Below, one piece after another: positions 1-10,335 of a stretch of 64,000 bases of DNA. The notes under the pieces were generated by a model that did no database searches, was not told the DNA's origin, and saw only the letters and a list, made by a program, of their open reading frames with translations. The position numbers and the translations under genes were made by a program. Position 1 is the first letter of the stretch, and each line of letters starts with the position of its first letter. This stretch comes from an uncultured Aliarcobacter sp. (GTDB lineage Bacteria; Campylobacterota; Campylobacteria; Campylobacterales; Arcobacteraceae): the NCBI GenBank assembly GCA_964384195.1, contig CAYLKG010000002.1:2117-66116 (forward strand). The letters run 5' to 3'.

Positions 1-58
1 AAATATAAATAAAAACCAAAGAGATAAAAGTATAAAATATTTTTTTAAGAATCACCAT
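1..58 (-). CDS. 5' start of a gene running off the window edge (hydrophobic N-terminus, membrane or exported protein)
   Basis: Minus strand AAGGGG RBS then ATG at 58; reads MVILKKIFYTFISLVFIYI open to position 1. Confidence 0.5.
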   Translation of the reverse strand, partial: MVILKKIFYTFISLVFIYI

Positions 59-126
59 AATAAGCCCCTTTTAAAATGATTTTAATTATATCATTTTAAA
101 ATTAAAAGGCAAAAAAATGTTTAAAA

Positions 127-1416
127 TTAATTTATCTTATATGCTATTTTTTTCACTATTTCAAAAATATTATTTATTGAATCTTTATAAACTGTCTCTT
201 TTTTTGAGTGAGGAAATTTTATAGTTGGTCCAATAGAAGCTATTTTTAAATTTGGATATTTCTCTTTAAAAATAGCACATTCAAGGCCTGCGTGAATTGC
301 TCCTAAGGAAGCTTTGTTGTTTATTTCTTTATAAATATCTAAAACTGTATTTGTAAAACTATTAATATCAGGTTTCCAAGCTGGATATTTACCATAAGTT
401 TCAACTTCACAACCAATTTGTTCTAAATCTTTTTTAGTGCTTTCTTTTAGGTTTTTTAAATTTTCATTACTCATTGACCTTGCACTAAATTCAAAAACAA
501 TTTCATCTATTTTTGTATTTATTAAAGCTAAATTTATTGAGTCTTGAACAACATTTAACTCTTTATTTAAACTTCTTACACCATTTTCAAATGAGTATAA
601 ATAATCCAAAAGCCTATCACTATAAATTGTTAAATGTTCACTTTTGGCATCTATCTTTTCTATTTTCATATTTTCAACTACTTTTTTAGGCATTGTTTTA
701 CTTGCAATTATAGCTTTTGCATTTGCAGGAATTGAATTTATTCTCTCACCAGCATTTATATCTAAAATTTTTCCATCACACTCTTTTATACTTTTTACTA
801 AAAGTTTTATAGCATTTGGAATATTTTTATCTATATCTACTCCACTATGCCCACCCTGAAGATTGTTGATAGATATTTCATAAAGGTCCAAATTTTCATT
901 ATTTGGAACTATTTTTTTATCTTTAAATGTAGCTTTTATATCAACTCCACCAGCACAACCAATACAAATTTCTCCCTCTTCTTCGCTATCAAGATTTAGC
1001 ATAAAATTTGCATTAATAGGAAGATTTAGTCCATTTGCACCAATTAAACCTATCTCTTCATCGCTTGTAAATAAAAACTCTGCATCAAAATTTTCATACA
1101 TCAAAGCTATCATATATGAGCATCCAATTCCATTGTCAGATCCTAAAGTTGAATCAACTGCTTTTAAAGTTATCTCATCTTCAATAATTTGTGGTACACA
1201 ATTCTCTTTTAAACAAACAATATCGTAGTGAGATTGAAAAACTATGTTTGCTTTACTATTCTCTTTTTTACATAAAACATTAAAAACATCATCAACTAAA
1301 CAGATATATCCAAGTTTTTTACTTAAATTTTGTATGTATTCTATAAACTCTTTGTGATTTCCTGAGCATCTTTGAAGTTTTGTAATATCTTTAAATATTT
1401 CTAAAACGGTTGTCAT
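127..1416 (-). CDS. pepD: Aminoacyl-histidine dipeptidase / M20 family peptidase
   Basis: QSHYDIV, TLGSDNGIG, DEEIGL, GGHSG and IHAGLEC motifs of PepD-type M20 metallopeptidases. Confidence 0.8.
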   Translation of the reverse strand: MTTVLEIFKDITKLQRCSGNHKEFIEYIQNLSKKLGYICLVDDVFNVLCKKENSKANIVFQSHYDIVCLKENCVPQIIEDEITLKAVDSTLGSDNGIGCSYMIALMYENFDAEFLFTSDEEIGLIGANGLNLPINANFMLNLDSEEEGEICIGCAGGVDIKATFKDKKIVPNNENLDLYEISINNLQGGHSGVDIDKNIPNAIKLLVKSIKECDGKILDINAGERINSIPANAKAIIASKTMPKKVVENMKIEKIDAKSEHLTIYSDRLLDYLYSFENGVRSLNKELNVVQDSINLALINTKIDEIVFEFSARSMSNENLKNLKESTKKDLEQIGCEVETYGKYPAWKPDINSFTNTVLDIYKEINNKASLGAIHAGLECAIFKEKYPNLKIASIGPTIKFPHSKKETVYKDSINNIFEIVKKIAYKIN

Positions 1417-1445
1417 TTAAATCCTTTAAAAAGTAGTTATAAATT

Positions 1446-1477
1446 AAAAAAGGGCTTGAAAGTCAAGCCCTTTTTTT
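1446..1477 (-). terminator. Intrinsic terminator after ccsBA
   Basis: AAAAAAGGGCTTGA-aag-TCAAGCCCTTTTTTT perfect hairpin with flanking A/T tracts. Confidence 0.85.
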
Positions 1478-4229
1478 AGATTGTATTTTTTAAGTTTCTA
1501 TTCCTGAAAGCTAGAATAATTGCAGCAAATGCTGTTGCTACAGTTACATAAGCCCATGTAGGAATTGGCACAGGGTCTCCTGTTGCATAAGAGTGCATTC
1601 CAGATAAGTAGAAGTTTACTCCTAAATATGTCATCATAATTGAACTAAATGCTAATAATGAAGCAGTAGCTAAAACATAAGGTGTGTTTAGAGCTTTTAC
1701 AAATCTTAAGTGAAGAACTATTGCGTAAACAATTATTGAAACATAAGCCCAAGTCTCTTTTGGATCCCATCCCCAATATCTTCCCCAAGATTCATTTGCC
1801 CAAACTCCACCAAGGAAGTTTCCAATTGTAATAAATGCTAATCCAATAATCAATGATATCTCGTTTATAGCTCCAACATGTTTTATAATATCATCTAAGT
1901 GTGGTCTATTTTTTCTAAAGATAAACATAATTAAAGTTAAAAAACCTAGTATTGCGCTAAGTCCAAAGAACCCATAAGATGCTGTAAGAATTGAAACATG
2001 TATTGTTAACCAATAAGATTTAAGTACTGGAACTAAGTTTGTAATTTGTGGGTCTACATCTGTTAAGTGAGCTGTAAACATAAAAATTCCAGCAATAATT
2101 GTAGCAGCACCAAGTGCAAGTAAAGAGTTTCTAAAGAAGATAACTCCTGCAAAAACAGCAGACCAAGAGATATATATTAAAGTTTCGTAAATATCACTCC
2201 ATGGAGCATGACCTGATAAATACCATCTATATCCCATACCAAATGTTTGAACTATAAATAATAAAGATAGGATTGCAAATATTATTTTTGTTGTTTTTGC
2301 TGGTTTAAAACTTGGTTTAAAAATTACAACAAAAGCTAAAACAATCATAACAAGACCTAAAAGTACATAAGCCAATGTAAGATTGAAGAAAATATCTATT
2401 TTATTAAAAAGTATTTCTGCATTTACTTTTTCTTTCGATGGTTTTATATCAGTTCCAACTTTATCTTGATATAAAGCTGTCATATCTATAAAGTTATTTG
2501 CAGCTTCCCAATTATGTTCAGCTAATGCAGCCATTAGACCTTTTACAACACTTTGAATAGCCATTTGATTTTGACCTGTAAAATTTTGAATCGCATCAAG
2601 AGGAGAGTACCATTTGAAGTTATCATCAGCACTTTTTTGGTCATAAACTTTTGGGAAAATATTTAATAAAGCACCATTAAATACTGAATAAATAATATTT
2701 AATTTTTCATCAGTTTTTATAATATCTTTTTCATAAGTTCCCCTTTCAATCGGTTTTGTTTGAAGAGCTTTTTCTGTTTCAGTTGCTAAAAGGTATTCAC
2801 CTTTTTCATTGAATGCTTCAGAAAAAGAGATATATTTCTCTTCAGCAGGAATATTTAGAAATTTCTTTAATTTTGGAGTTTGAATTTTTATAATTTTTAC
2901 ATCTTTCCAAACATCAGGATTTGATAACATTCCTAAAACTAATTGATTTGCATCCATTCCTAAAAATGAAGATTTACCACTTAATTTTTGAATAATTTCC
3001 CTATTTAATGTAGCTAATGGCTTCATTCTTCCACCATTACTTTGTACTACTAAATGCCCAAATTTATCTGCAGTAACTTTTGATTCATCTTTTAATTTAT
3101 TTAAATATTGAACTGTTTGTTCAACTTTATCAACAGATTTCTCTTGAGTAGTTTGCTGTTCATTTGCATTTAAATTTGTATTTGAAAGTAAGGCTATTGC
3201 TAAAACAAACATAGCTAAATTTTTAGTGCTTACAAAATTTGTAAGTTTTCTAAATCTTGATTTTTTGTCAAAAAAGTTCAAAAATAATCCTAATGTTAAT
3301 AAAAAATATCCAAGATAAGTTGGCCATTTTCCTGGGTCATTGTTTACAGATAAAATAGTTCCTGATTCATCTGGAAAATATGAGCTTTGAAAAAATAAAA
3401 AATTACCCTCAGATAAAGTTCTATTCATAAAAATTCTATAATCATAAGTTTTATCATCTTTTATAACAGTAATTTCAGATGCATATGACGAAGGACTCAT
3501 ACTTCCTGGGTATCTTTCAAGTTGAAATTCATTTAATCTAATAGAAAAAGGAAGATCAACAAATCTTGAACCATATTGTAAAATAACTGTATATTTATCA
3601 AATTTAAGCTCTTCTGGAACTCCTAATTGACCTCTTAATCCAGGTAATCTAACACTTTCAGTTTTGTCATTAAATGTTGCATTAACAGTTAAAAGACCCA
3701 TAGCAGCTTTTTCTTTTTTTGCAAACATGAAATCTTTATAAGAAACAGTTAAAGTATTGTTATCAAAAGTAGTTGTAAATGAAAAATCATTTAAAGAAGA
3801 AATAAGAGAAGTAAACTCTTTTTGGTACTCTTTTTGAGATACAATTTCATCACCATTTTTTATAGTAACTTGCAAATAAGGCTCTAAAGATATCATCTGA
3901 TTAGTAGTTACACCTTGTGGTATTTGCATAATACCTTCGTAACCTACATATCTAGTGATGATTGCGCCTATTAAAATTACAACAAATGAAAAGTGAAATA
4001 AGAACCTTGGCATATTTTTCCACATTTTAAATTTATAAATTATACCAATAAGATTAATTGTGGTTAAAATCATTACAATCTCATACCAGATATTATTATA
4101 AACTAAAACTCTAGCCGATGATGTTCCAAAATCATTTTCTATAAACGTAGCAACACCTGCACCAGCTCCTAAAAGAGCCAACAAGACCAGTGTTGTTTTG
4201 AAAGAGAACAATATATTTTTAAGATTCAA
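1476..4229 (-). CDS. ccsBA: System II cytochrome c biogenesis protein CcsBA (fused ResB/CcsB-CcsA)
   Basis: 917 aa, multiple TM segments, WANESWGRYWGWDPKETW (WWD domain), conserved His in HAPWS and GMHSY. Confidence 0.92.
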   Translation of the reverse strand: MNLKNILFSFKTTLVLLALLGAGAGVATFIENDFGTSSARVLVYNNIWYEIVMILTTINLIGIIYKFKMWKNMPRFLFHFSFVVILIGAIITRYVGYEGIMQIPQGVTTNQMISLEPYLQVTIKNGDEIVSQKEYQKEFTSLISSLNDFSFTTTFDNNTLTVSYKDFMFAKKEKAAMGLLTVNATFNDKTESVRLPGLRGQLGVPEELKFDKYTVILQYGSRFVDLPFSIRLNEFQLERYPGSMSPSSYASEITVIKDDKTYDYRIFMNRTLSEGNFLFFQSSYFPDESGTILSVNNDPGKWPTYLGYFLLTLGLFLNFFDKKSRFRKLTNFVSTKNLAMFVLAIALLSNTNLNANEQQTTQEKSVDKVEQTVQYLNKLKDESKVTADKFGHLVVQSNGGRMKPLATLNREIIQKLSGKSSFLGMDANQLVLGMLSNPDVWKDVKIIKIQTPKLKKFLNIPAEEKYISFSEAFNEKGEYLLATETEKALQTKPIERGTYEKDIIKTDEKLNIIYSVFNGALLNIFPKVYDQKSADDNFKWYSPLDAIQNFTGQNQMAIQSVVKGLMAALAEHNWEAANNFIDMTALYQDKVGTDIKPSKEKVNAEILFNKIDIFFNLTLAYVLLGLVMIVLAFVVIFKPSFKPAKTTKIIFAILSLLFIVQTFGMGYRWYLSGHAPWSDIYETLIYISWSAVFAGVIFFRNSLLALGAATIIAGIFMFTAHLTDVDPQITNLVPVLKSYWLTIHVSILTASYGFFGLSAILGFLTLIMFIFRKNRPHLDDIIKHVGAINEISLIIGLAFITIGNFLGGVWANESWGRYWGWDPKETWAYVSIIVYAIVLHLRFVKALNTPYVLATASLLAFSSIMMTYLGVNFYLSGMHSYATGDPVPIPTWAYVTVATAFAAIILAFRNRNLKNTI

Positions 4230-4340
4230 AATAGTCCTTTGATTAAGTTTTGAGCCAAGATTCTATTATTTAGAAATTAACATTCAGTTAATGAATATGT
4301 GTATAAGCTTATTTAAGATTTAAACACATATAATTCGCTT

Positions 4341-5255
4341 ATGAATTTAGAAGAATTAAAAAAGAAAAAAGATGAGTGCAGATCTTGGAAAAATGTTGAA
4401 CCTTGGTATAAAAAGCTTCAAAATGCACAAAAAATCGAAAAAACTAATTTAGCTATTGATTATGGTGATTGGTTTAGCATTGGTAAAAAAGAAGATTTAA
4501 CGCAAGAAGAGTATGAAACTATTGTTGAAAGTGCAAAAGCTCTAATTCCTTGGAGAAAAGGGCCATTTAAGATATTTGATTTACAAATTGATAGTGAATG
4601 GCAAAGTAATCTTAAATATAATCTTCTAAGACCTCATTTTAATCTAAAAGATAAAGTTGTTGCAGATATTGGATGTAACAATGGTTATTATATGTTTAGA
4701 ATGCTTGAAGATAAACCAAAAAGATTAGTTGGATTTGACCCAAGTCCATTGACACTGCATCAATTTGAGTTTGTAAACCACTTTGTAAAATCAGATATCA
4801 TTTATGAGATGTTAGGAGTAGAGCATTTAGAGTTTTATAATCATAAATTTGATTTCATTTTTATGTTGGGTGTTTTATACCATAGAGCTGATCCTGTAGG
4901 AACTTTAAAATCATTAGCTAGAGGATTAAATAGTAAAGGTGAAATTATTATTGATACTTTTATGATTGATGGAGAAGATGAGATTTGTTTAACTCCAAAT
5001 CAAAGATATTCAAAAATCCCAAATATCTACTTTATTCCAACAATTCCTGCTCTAAAAAATTGGTTAATGAGAGCTGGTTTTGAAGATATTGAAGTTTTAG
5101 CTACAGTTGTTACAACAACGGATGAACAAAGAGCTACAATTTGGTCTTTTGATGAAAGTTTAGAAAACTTTTTAGATCCAAATGATAACTCAAAAACAGT
5201 TGAAGGGTATCCTGCTCCTAAAAGAGTTTATATAAAAGCTAGAAAAATTCAATAA
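4341..5255 (+). CDS. cmoB: tRNA U34 carboxymethyltransferase CmoB
   Basis: PWRKGPF, IDSEWQS, DIGCNNGYY, GVLYHR, TVEGYPAP motifs. Confidence 0.92.
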   Translation: MNLEELKKKKDECRSWKNVEPWYKKLQNAQKIEKTNLAIDYGDWFSIGKKEDLTQEEYETIVESAKALIPWRKGPFKIFDLQIDSEWQSNLKYNLLRPHFNLKDKVVADIGCNNGYYMFRMLEDKPKRLVGFDPSPLTLHQFEFVNHFVKSDIIYEMLGVEHLEFYNHKFDFIFMLGVLYHRADPVGTLKSLARGLNSKGEIIIDTFMIDGEDEICLTPNQRYSKIPNIYFIPTIPALKNWLMRAGFEDIEVLATVVTTTDEQRATIWSFDESLENFLDPNDNSKTVEGYPAPKRVYIKARKIQ

Positions 5256-5262
5256 AGTCATA

Positions 5263-5284
5263 TAATAGTGGTTTTCCACTATTA
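5263..5284. terminator. Bidirectional terminator between convergent cmoB and DUF438 gene
   Basis: TAATAGTGG-tttt-CCACTATTA perfect inverted repeat. Confidence 0.7.
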
Positions 5285-6274
5285 CTTCCAGTCTAAAAGT
5301 CTCTTTTCTCCCTCTAAAGCTCTTATTTCAGTTACATCTTGAGACATTTCAATAACACCTCTATAATTTTTTTCCTCATCTCTAACAGCAAAATATCTTA
5401 TATGTACAAATTTTCCTTTGAAAGTTATCCAAAAATCAGCTACATCTTGACGTCCTGCTTTAAACTCTTCAAGAATTTTAAGAACCTGATCAACACTTTT
5501 TGGTGGATGGCAAAATTTTACTTCCCTTCCTATAATTCCCGCACTTCTTGGGAATACTCTTTCATCTCCTCTATTGTAAAATACAACCCTATCATTCTCA
5601 TCTACATAAGTTATATCAACTGGTAAAAATTTGAAAATAAAGTTAACTTGTTCAGGAGTTAAATAACCCTCATCATAATGAGTTCTATCTTCTAAGGAAA
5701 ATGGTAGTTTTCTTTTTTTCTTATCAAGACTTGGATGAATATATTCAGGATCAGCACTCTCTTCTTTAATGGCAGGATATCTAGCAGGTGGAGTTGCAAG
5801 CATCCAGCCAATTTCACTATCACCTTCATACATCTCTTCCCAATCTTCAGCTTTTAAAAGTTGTAAAGCATTTGGAAGAAGTCTATTTTCTTCCACATTT
5901 ATTAAATGAATTAAATTATTATAAACATTTATCACTTTTTCTAAAATATTTTCAAAATCTTTGTTTTCAATAGTTAATCTGGCATCTTTTATCAAAGTTC
6001 TTATGTCATCATGAAAAGCCCACATTCCTTGAGATGGTCCTGTCCAACCATATTTCTCGAGATACGGAAAGAGTTGATTCTCTTTTCTTGCAAAATGTTT
6101 TTCTACTTCACAAATATGGTTAAAAATATTATAAAATTTTTGGAAATCTTCACTTGGATTAACGTTGAAAAGCTCTTTGAAAAGTTCTTTTATTAAAATA
6201 TTTTCTTCTAAATAAACTCTTACAGGATGACCTTGAGGGAATTGTTCTAAGTTATTTGATAAATCACTAATCAT
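5282..6274 (-). CDS. DUF438 (hemerythrin-like) plus C-terminal PAS_10 domain protein
   Basis: GHPV, HFARKENQLFP, HDDIR, EEN metal-ligand pattern; LPVDITYVDEND...CHPPKS PAS. Start moved to ATG 6274 behind AAAGGA RBS. Confidence 0.8.
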   Translation of the reverse strand: MISDLSNNLEQFPQGHPVRVYLEENILIKELFKELFNVNPSEDFQKFYNIFNHICEVEKHFARKENQLFPYLEKYGWTGPSQGMWAFHDDIRTLIKDARLTIENKDFENILEKVINVYNNLIHLINVEENRLLPNALQLLKAEDWEEMYEGDSEIGWMLATPPARYPAIKEESADPEYIHPSLDKKKRKLPFSLEDRTHYDEGYLTPEQVNFIFKFLPVDITYVDENDRVVFYNRGDERVFPRSAGIIGREVKFCHPPKSVDQVLKILEEFKAGRQDVADFWITFKGKFVHIRYFAVRDEEKNYRGVIEMSQDVTEIRALEGEKRLLDWK

Positions 6275-6329
6275 ATAAATCCTTTTTTTAATATAGGACA
6301 AATCCTATCCTATATTAAAAATGGAAATG

Positions 6330-6343
6330 ATGATATATATCAA
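6330..6343 (-). promoter_or_regulatory. Crp/Fnr-family-like box upstream of the DUF438 gene
   Basis: TTGAT-ATAT-ATCAT on minus strand, one mismatch to TTGAT-N4-ATCAA. Confidence 0.4.
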
Positions 6344-6349
6344 GAGAAT

Positions 6350-7135
6350 TTAAATTTCTATTTCTAAAGCAATAGGGCAGTGGTCACTTCCATAAATATT
6401 GTCCAAAATATACGCATCTTTTACAAAATCTTTTAAATCTTCACTAATATAAAAGTAGTCAATTCTCCAGCCAACATTATTTTCTCTTGCATTTGCTCTG
6501 TAACTCCACCATGAATATTTATCTTTTATATCACCGTTTACAAGCCTAAAACTATCAATAAAACCATGATCTAAAAATTTTGTAATCCAATCTCTTTCAA
6601 TTTTTAAAAATCCGCTAGTATTTTCATTTGCTTTTGGACGAGCAATATCAATTTCAGTATGAGCTGTATTTACATCTCCACAAACAATTATTGATTTATT
6701 TTGAGTTCTTAAATTTTTACAATGTTCTAAAAATCTATCATAAAACTCCATTTTATAGTCCAATCTTTCCTGAGAGCTTTGTCCATTTGGGAAATAGATA
6801 TTAAAAAATGCAATATTTTTATCTTTTAGAGTAAAATGAATCTCATTTATTCTTCCCTCATCTAAAATATCAACAGTAGGGCAAGTACACTCAAAGTGAG
6901 GTTTTATATCACTAAAAAGTGCTGTTCCACTTCTTCCTTTTATTTTTGATTCACTAGCTAGTAAATGTGCAAACTCTTTTTGAAATATAGTTTTAGGAAT
7001 TTGATTTTTTTGTGATTTTGTTTCTTGAATACCTAAAATATCGATATTCTCATCATCTACCCATTTTAGAGCATCTTTTTTATCAACGGCTCTGACACCA
7101 TTTACATTCCAAGATACAAATTTATATCTTTTCAT
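6350..7135 (-). CDS. xth: Exodeoxyribonuclease III (AP endonuclease)
   Basis: SWNVNGVRA, IQETK, YFPNG, CGDVNTAH, GWRIDYF, SDHCP. Confidence 0.95.
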   Translation of the reverse strand: MKRYKFVSWNVNGVRAVDKKDALKWVDDENIDILGIQETKSQKNQIPKTIFQKEFAHLLASESKIKGRSGTALFSDIKPHFECTCPTVDILDEGRINEIHFTLKDKNIAFFNIYFPNGQSSQERLDYKMEFYDRFLEHCKNLRTQNKSIIVCGDVNTAHTEIDIARPKANENTSGFLKIERDWITKFLDHGFIDSFRLVNGDIKDKYSWWSYRANARENNVGWRIDYFYISEDLKDFVKDAYILDNIYGSDHCPIALEIEI

Positions 7136-7377
7136 TTTTTATCTTCCTTTTTCTCTTTTTGCTCTTCTTTTATTAGTTTTTCAGGAGCTTTTGGAGGAGT
7201 TGGTTTTGAAATACCAATATTATTTAAACCTTTATTTGATAGTGAGTTATCTCTATTTAGCAGATTTTCACCTTTTCCTCCGTGCATATCAATTTTGCCA
7301 CTATTTTCACCAGTATAGTTATAGTTTGCAAACAAAAAATTTGTAAAAATAAATGTTACGATTAGTAGTTTTTTCAT
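7132..7377 (-). CDS. Small exported hypothetical protein
   Basis: Signal peptide MKKLLIVTFIFTNFLFA; 4-bp overlap with xth; AAGGAAG RBS. Confidence 0.7.
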   Translation of the reverse strand: MKKLLIVTFIFTNFLFANYNYTGENSGKIDMHGGKGENLLNRDNSLSNKGLNNIGISKPTPPKAPEKLIKEEQKEKKEDKK

Positions 7378-7470
7378 AATTCTTCCTTTTTTTTAAAGTC
7401 AAATTATATTTAAAGTTTAATAATAAAGGCTTTATTTGGTATTTTTCATTAATTTTTGTTTAGGATTTTT

Positions 7471-8187
7471 ATGGAAGAACTTTTTTTAGGATTTGTTACT
7501 TTTTTTACATCTGTTGTTGCTGCTGTTGTTGGAATTGGTGGAGGAATGATGCTAATTGCAATTTTGCCTTCATTTTTACCAATAAATGCTCTAATTCCCG
7601 TTCATGGGCTTACTCAAGTTTCAAGCAATCTTAGTCGTGCTTATTTTGGATATAAAGATATAGAGTTTAGTGTTGTTCCAAAATTTTTAATAGGTTCAGT
7701 TTTAGGAATTGGTTTCTTTGCTGGGATTTTATCTCTAATTTCGCTTGATTATGTACCACTTTTTATTGGTATTTATATTTTATTATCTTTATGGAGTGAA
7801 AAATTCAATGAAAAAATAAAAAGATATGAAAACTACTATTTAGCAGGATTTTTCCAAACAGGTTTATCTATGGTTGTTGGTGCTACAGGTCCACTTACAA
7901 TGACTCTTTTATTCAAAGATTTCAAAGATAAAGATAAGGTTGTTGCAACAGGTGCCCTTCTAATGAGTATTACACACTTCTTAAAAGTAGTTGTATTTGT
8001 CTATTTTGGATTTTTATTTTTTGATTATATTGGAATAATCGCTTGTATGATTTTTGGTGCTATCTTAGGAAGTTATGTTGGTACAAAACTCAGAGATAAA
8101 ATTGATGGTAAAAAATTTGCAATTATTTTAAAAGTTATGCTTACAATTTTAGCAATAAACCTTATAATAAAAGTACTTTTCTTTTAG
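7471..8187 (+). CDS. TauE/SafE family sulfite exporter
   Basis: GIGGGMML, GATGPL, about 8 TM helices; ATG at 7471 behind AGGA preferred over TTG at 7456. Confidence 0.8.
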   Translation: MEELFLGFVTFFTSVVAAVVGIGGGMMLIAILPSFLPINALIPVHGLTQVSSNLSRAYFGYKDIEFSVVPKFLIGSVLGIGFFAGILSLISLDYVPLFIGIYILLSLWSEKFNEKIKRYENYYLAGFFQTGLSMVVGATGPLTMTLLFKDFKDKDKVVATGALLMSITHFLKVVVFVYFGFLFFDYIGIIACMIFGAILGSYVGTKLRDKIDGKKFAIILKVMLTILAINLIIKVLFF

Positions 8188-8190
8188 AAT

Positions 8191-9102
8191 TTAAAAATAT
8201 ATTTCCAGAAATATCATAATAATAGACATTGATATTAGAGTTTGAATGGTAATTATTGCTCCCATTAGTTTATAGTTACCACCTAATTGTCTTGCCAAAA
8301 TAAAAGCACTTGTAGCTGTTGGCATAATTGAAAACAAAATTAAAATAGGAATTATCTTTTCATCTATATTTAAAATCTTGCAAAAAAACAAAGTTAAAGC
8401 TGGAAAAAGAATAAATTTTGCAAAACTTGAATTAAATATATCTTTCAAACTACTTTTAAAATCATTTAAAACTAAAGCAAAACCAATAGATAAAATTCCA
8501 AATACCAATGCAGCACTTGATAAAATTTGCATACTTTTATTTAAAAAAATTGGTATAGGAATTTTGAAAATATTTATAAAAATTCCTAAAATACAAGCAA
8601 TTATCAAAGGATTTTTGAAAATAGATTCAAAAAAATATCTTATATTTATTTTTGATGAATCTTGATAAATCAGATAAAAAGTGATATTCAAAACATTTAA
8701 AAAAATTATCACAAAACTCATAAGTAATGAAGCAATTTCTAGTCCAAAATTACCATATAAAGAACCACATAAAGCTAAAAATATGTAAGTATTGAATCTA
8801 GTAGCACCTTGCATTATAGATGTAAATGAACCATTAGAAGTTGGGATTATCTTATTTAAAATTATTAAAAAGATAGCTATCACACATATTGGTAATACCA
8901 AAGATAAAATGAGATTTATATCAAGAAGTGCCAAATTAGCATCTTTTAAAGAGATAATTAAAAGTGCAGGCATTAATAAAAAATATGTTAGCTTATCAGC
9001 AAGAGGCCAAAAATCATTTGAAGGAAAGGATATCTTTTTGAAAAAATATCCTAGAAGTATCAAAAAAAAGATTGGAATAACACTAAAATTTAGTAATTCC
9101 AT
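8191..9102 (-). CDS. AEC family (auxin efflux carrier-like) transporter
   Basis: QGATRFNTYI, KNPLIIAC, MPTATSAFILARQLGGN motifs. Confidence 0.85.
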   Translation of the reverse strand: MELLNFSVIPIFFLILLGYFFKKISFPSNDFWPLADKLTYFLLMPALLIISLKDANLALLDINLILSLVLPICVIAIFLIILNKIIPTSNGSFTSIMQGATRFNTYIFLALCGSLYGNFGLEIASLLMSFVIIFLNVLNITFYLIYQDSSKINIRYFFESIFKNPLIIACILGIFINIFKIPIPIFLNKSMQILSSAALVFGILSIGFALVLNDFKSSLKDIFNSSFAKFILFPALTLFFCKILNIDEKIIPILILFSIMPTATSAFILARQLGGNYKLMGAIITIQTLISMSIIMIFLEIYF

Positions 9103-9105
9103 ATC

Positions 9106-10335
9106 TTATTTTTCTTGAAGCATCTTTTTAAGAATTATTTTACCACCTTCAACACCTGGTTGATCATAAGTATTTATTCTTAGAAATTTTCCTACAATTG
9201 AAGTTAAAAGTTCATAGTAAAATAATAATTTTCCAATTTCAAATTCACTAATCTCTTCAATTTCTATTAAATCTATAGGTATATCTTTTTTATACTCTTT
9301 TACTGATGCAATTGTTGCATCTGCTTGAAGATTTATAAGTTCTTTGAAGTTAAGCCCATTTATATAATCTAAGCTTTCTAATCCCTCAAGAGTAACTGGA
9401 GCAATTTTTGTATCATCTTTAAAATCTTTAATTTTAATAAATGTTACAGTTTTATCTCTTTTACCTTCAACTATTAATTGCAAGAATGAGTGTTGATCAA
9501 CAGGTCCTAAAAGTCCTATAGGAGTTAAACCTTGATTTGTATCATTTGCATCAACTTTTCCAAGACTTTCTCCCCAAAGTTGAATATACCATTTATTGAA
9601 GCCTTCAAGAAGTTGAGAATAAGAGAAAATTGCATTTATATTATAAATATCTTTATATTCATAATAAGTTCTAGCTTTTTTAAGAAGTTGGTTATATAAC
9701 TCATTTTGTTCAAAAAATGATGTTGATATTTTTCTAGCACCTTTTAAAAGTTCATCAATATCAAAACCAGCTATATAAAGTGGCACTAATCCTACATTTG
9801 ATAATACAGAAAATCTTCCACCAACATTTTTTGGTATTTCAAAAGTCGATATTCCATTCGCTGCTGCAAAAGAATTTAATTTACTATCATCTTCTGTAAT
9901 AACTAAAAGATTTTGGCTATTCATTTTTACAAGAGAGCTTAAATATTTAAATATTGAAATTGTTTCAATAGTTGTTCCAGATTTTGAAATAACTATAAAT
10001 AAAGTATCTTCAAGATTTAATTGAGATATTGTTCCATTTAGATTTATTGGGTCTGTACTTTCAAAGAAAAAAAGTTCTTTTTTAAGAGTTTTATTTCTTT
10101 GTTTATTGTATTTTAGAAAATTATAAATTGCATAAGTTCCTAAAGTACTTCCACCAATTCCAATAATAGCAATATTTTTTTGTTTAAAATCAAGATTATC
10201 AAGTCTTGATTTCATATTTGAAAGATCAGCATATGGTAAAGAATAGTAACCAATATCTTCTCTTTCTCTTTTTATTTCTGTAAAAATATCCTCATCGCTT
10301 AGAGATACAAAAGGATAATAAAGATTATTTTTCAT
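9106..10335 (-). CDS. pgi: Glucose-6-phosphate isomerase
   Basis: GIGGSTLG, VISKSGTTIET, VGGRFSVLS, QLWGESLGK, DQHS, TYDQPGVE. Confidence 0.95.
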   Translation of the reverse strand: MKNNLYYPFVSLSDEDIFTEIKREREDIGYYSLPYADLSNMKSRLDNLDFKQKNIAIIGIGGSTLGTYAIYNFLKYNKQRNKTLKKELFFFESTDPINLNGTISQLNLEDTLFIVISKSGTTIETISIFKYLSSLVKMNSQNLLVITEDDSKLNSFAAANGISTFEIPKNVGGRFSVLSNVGLVPLYIAGFDIDELLKGARKISTSFFEQNELYNQLLKKARTYYEYKDIYNINAIFSYSQLLEGFNKWYIQLWGESLGKVDANDTNQGLTPIGLLGPVDQHSFLQLIVEGKRDKTVTFIKIKDFKDDTKIAPVTLEGLESLDYINGLNFKELINLQADATIASVKEYKKDIPIDLIEIEEISEFEIGKLLFYYELLTSIVGKFLRINTYDQPGVEGGKIILKKMLQEK

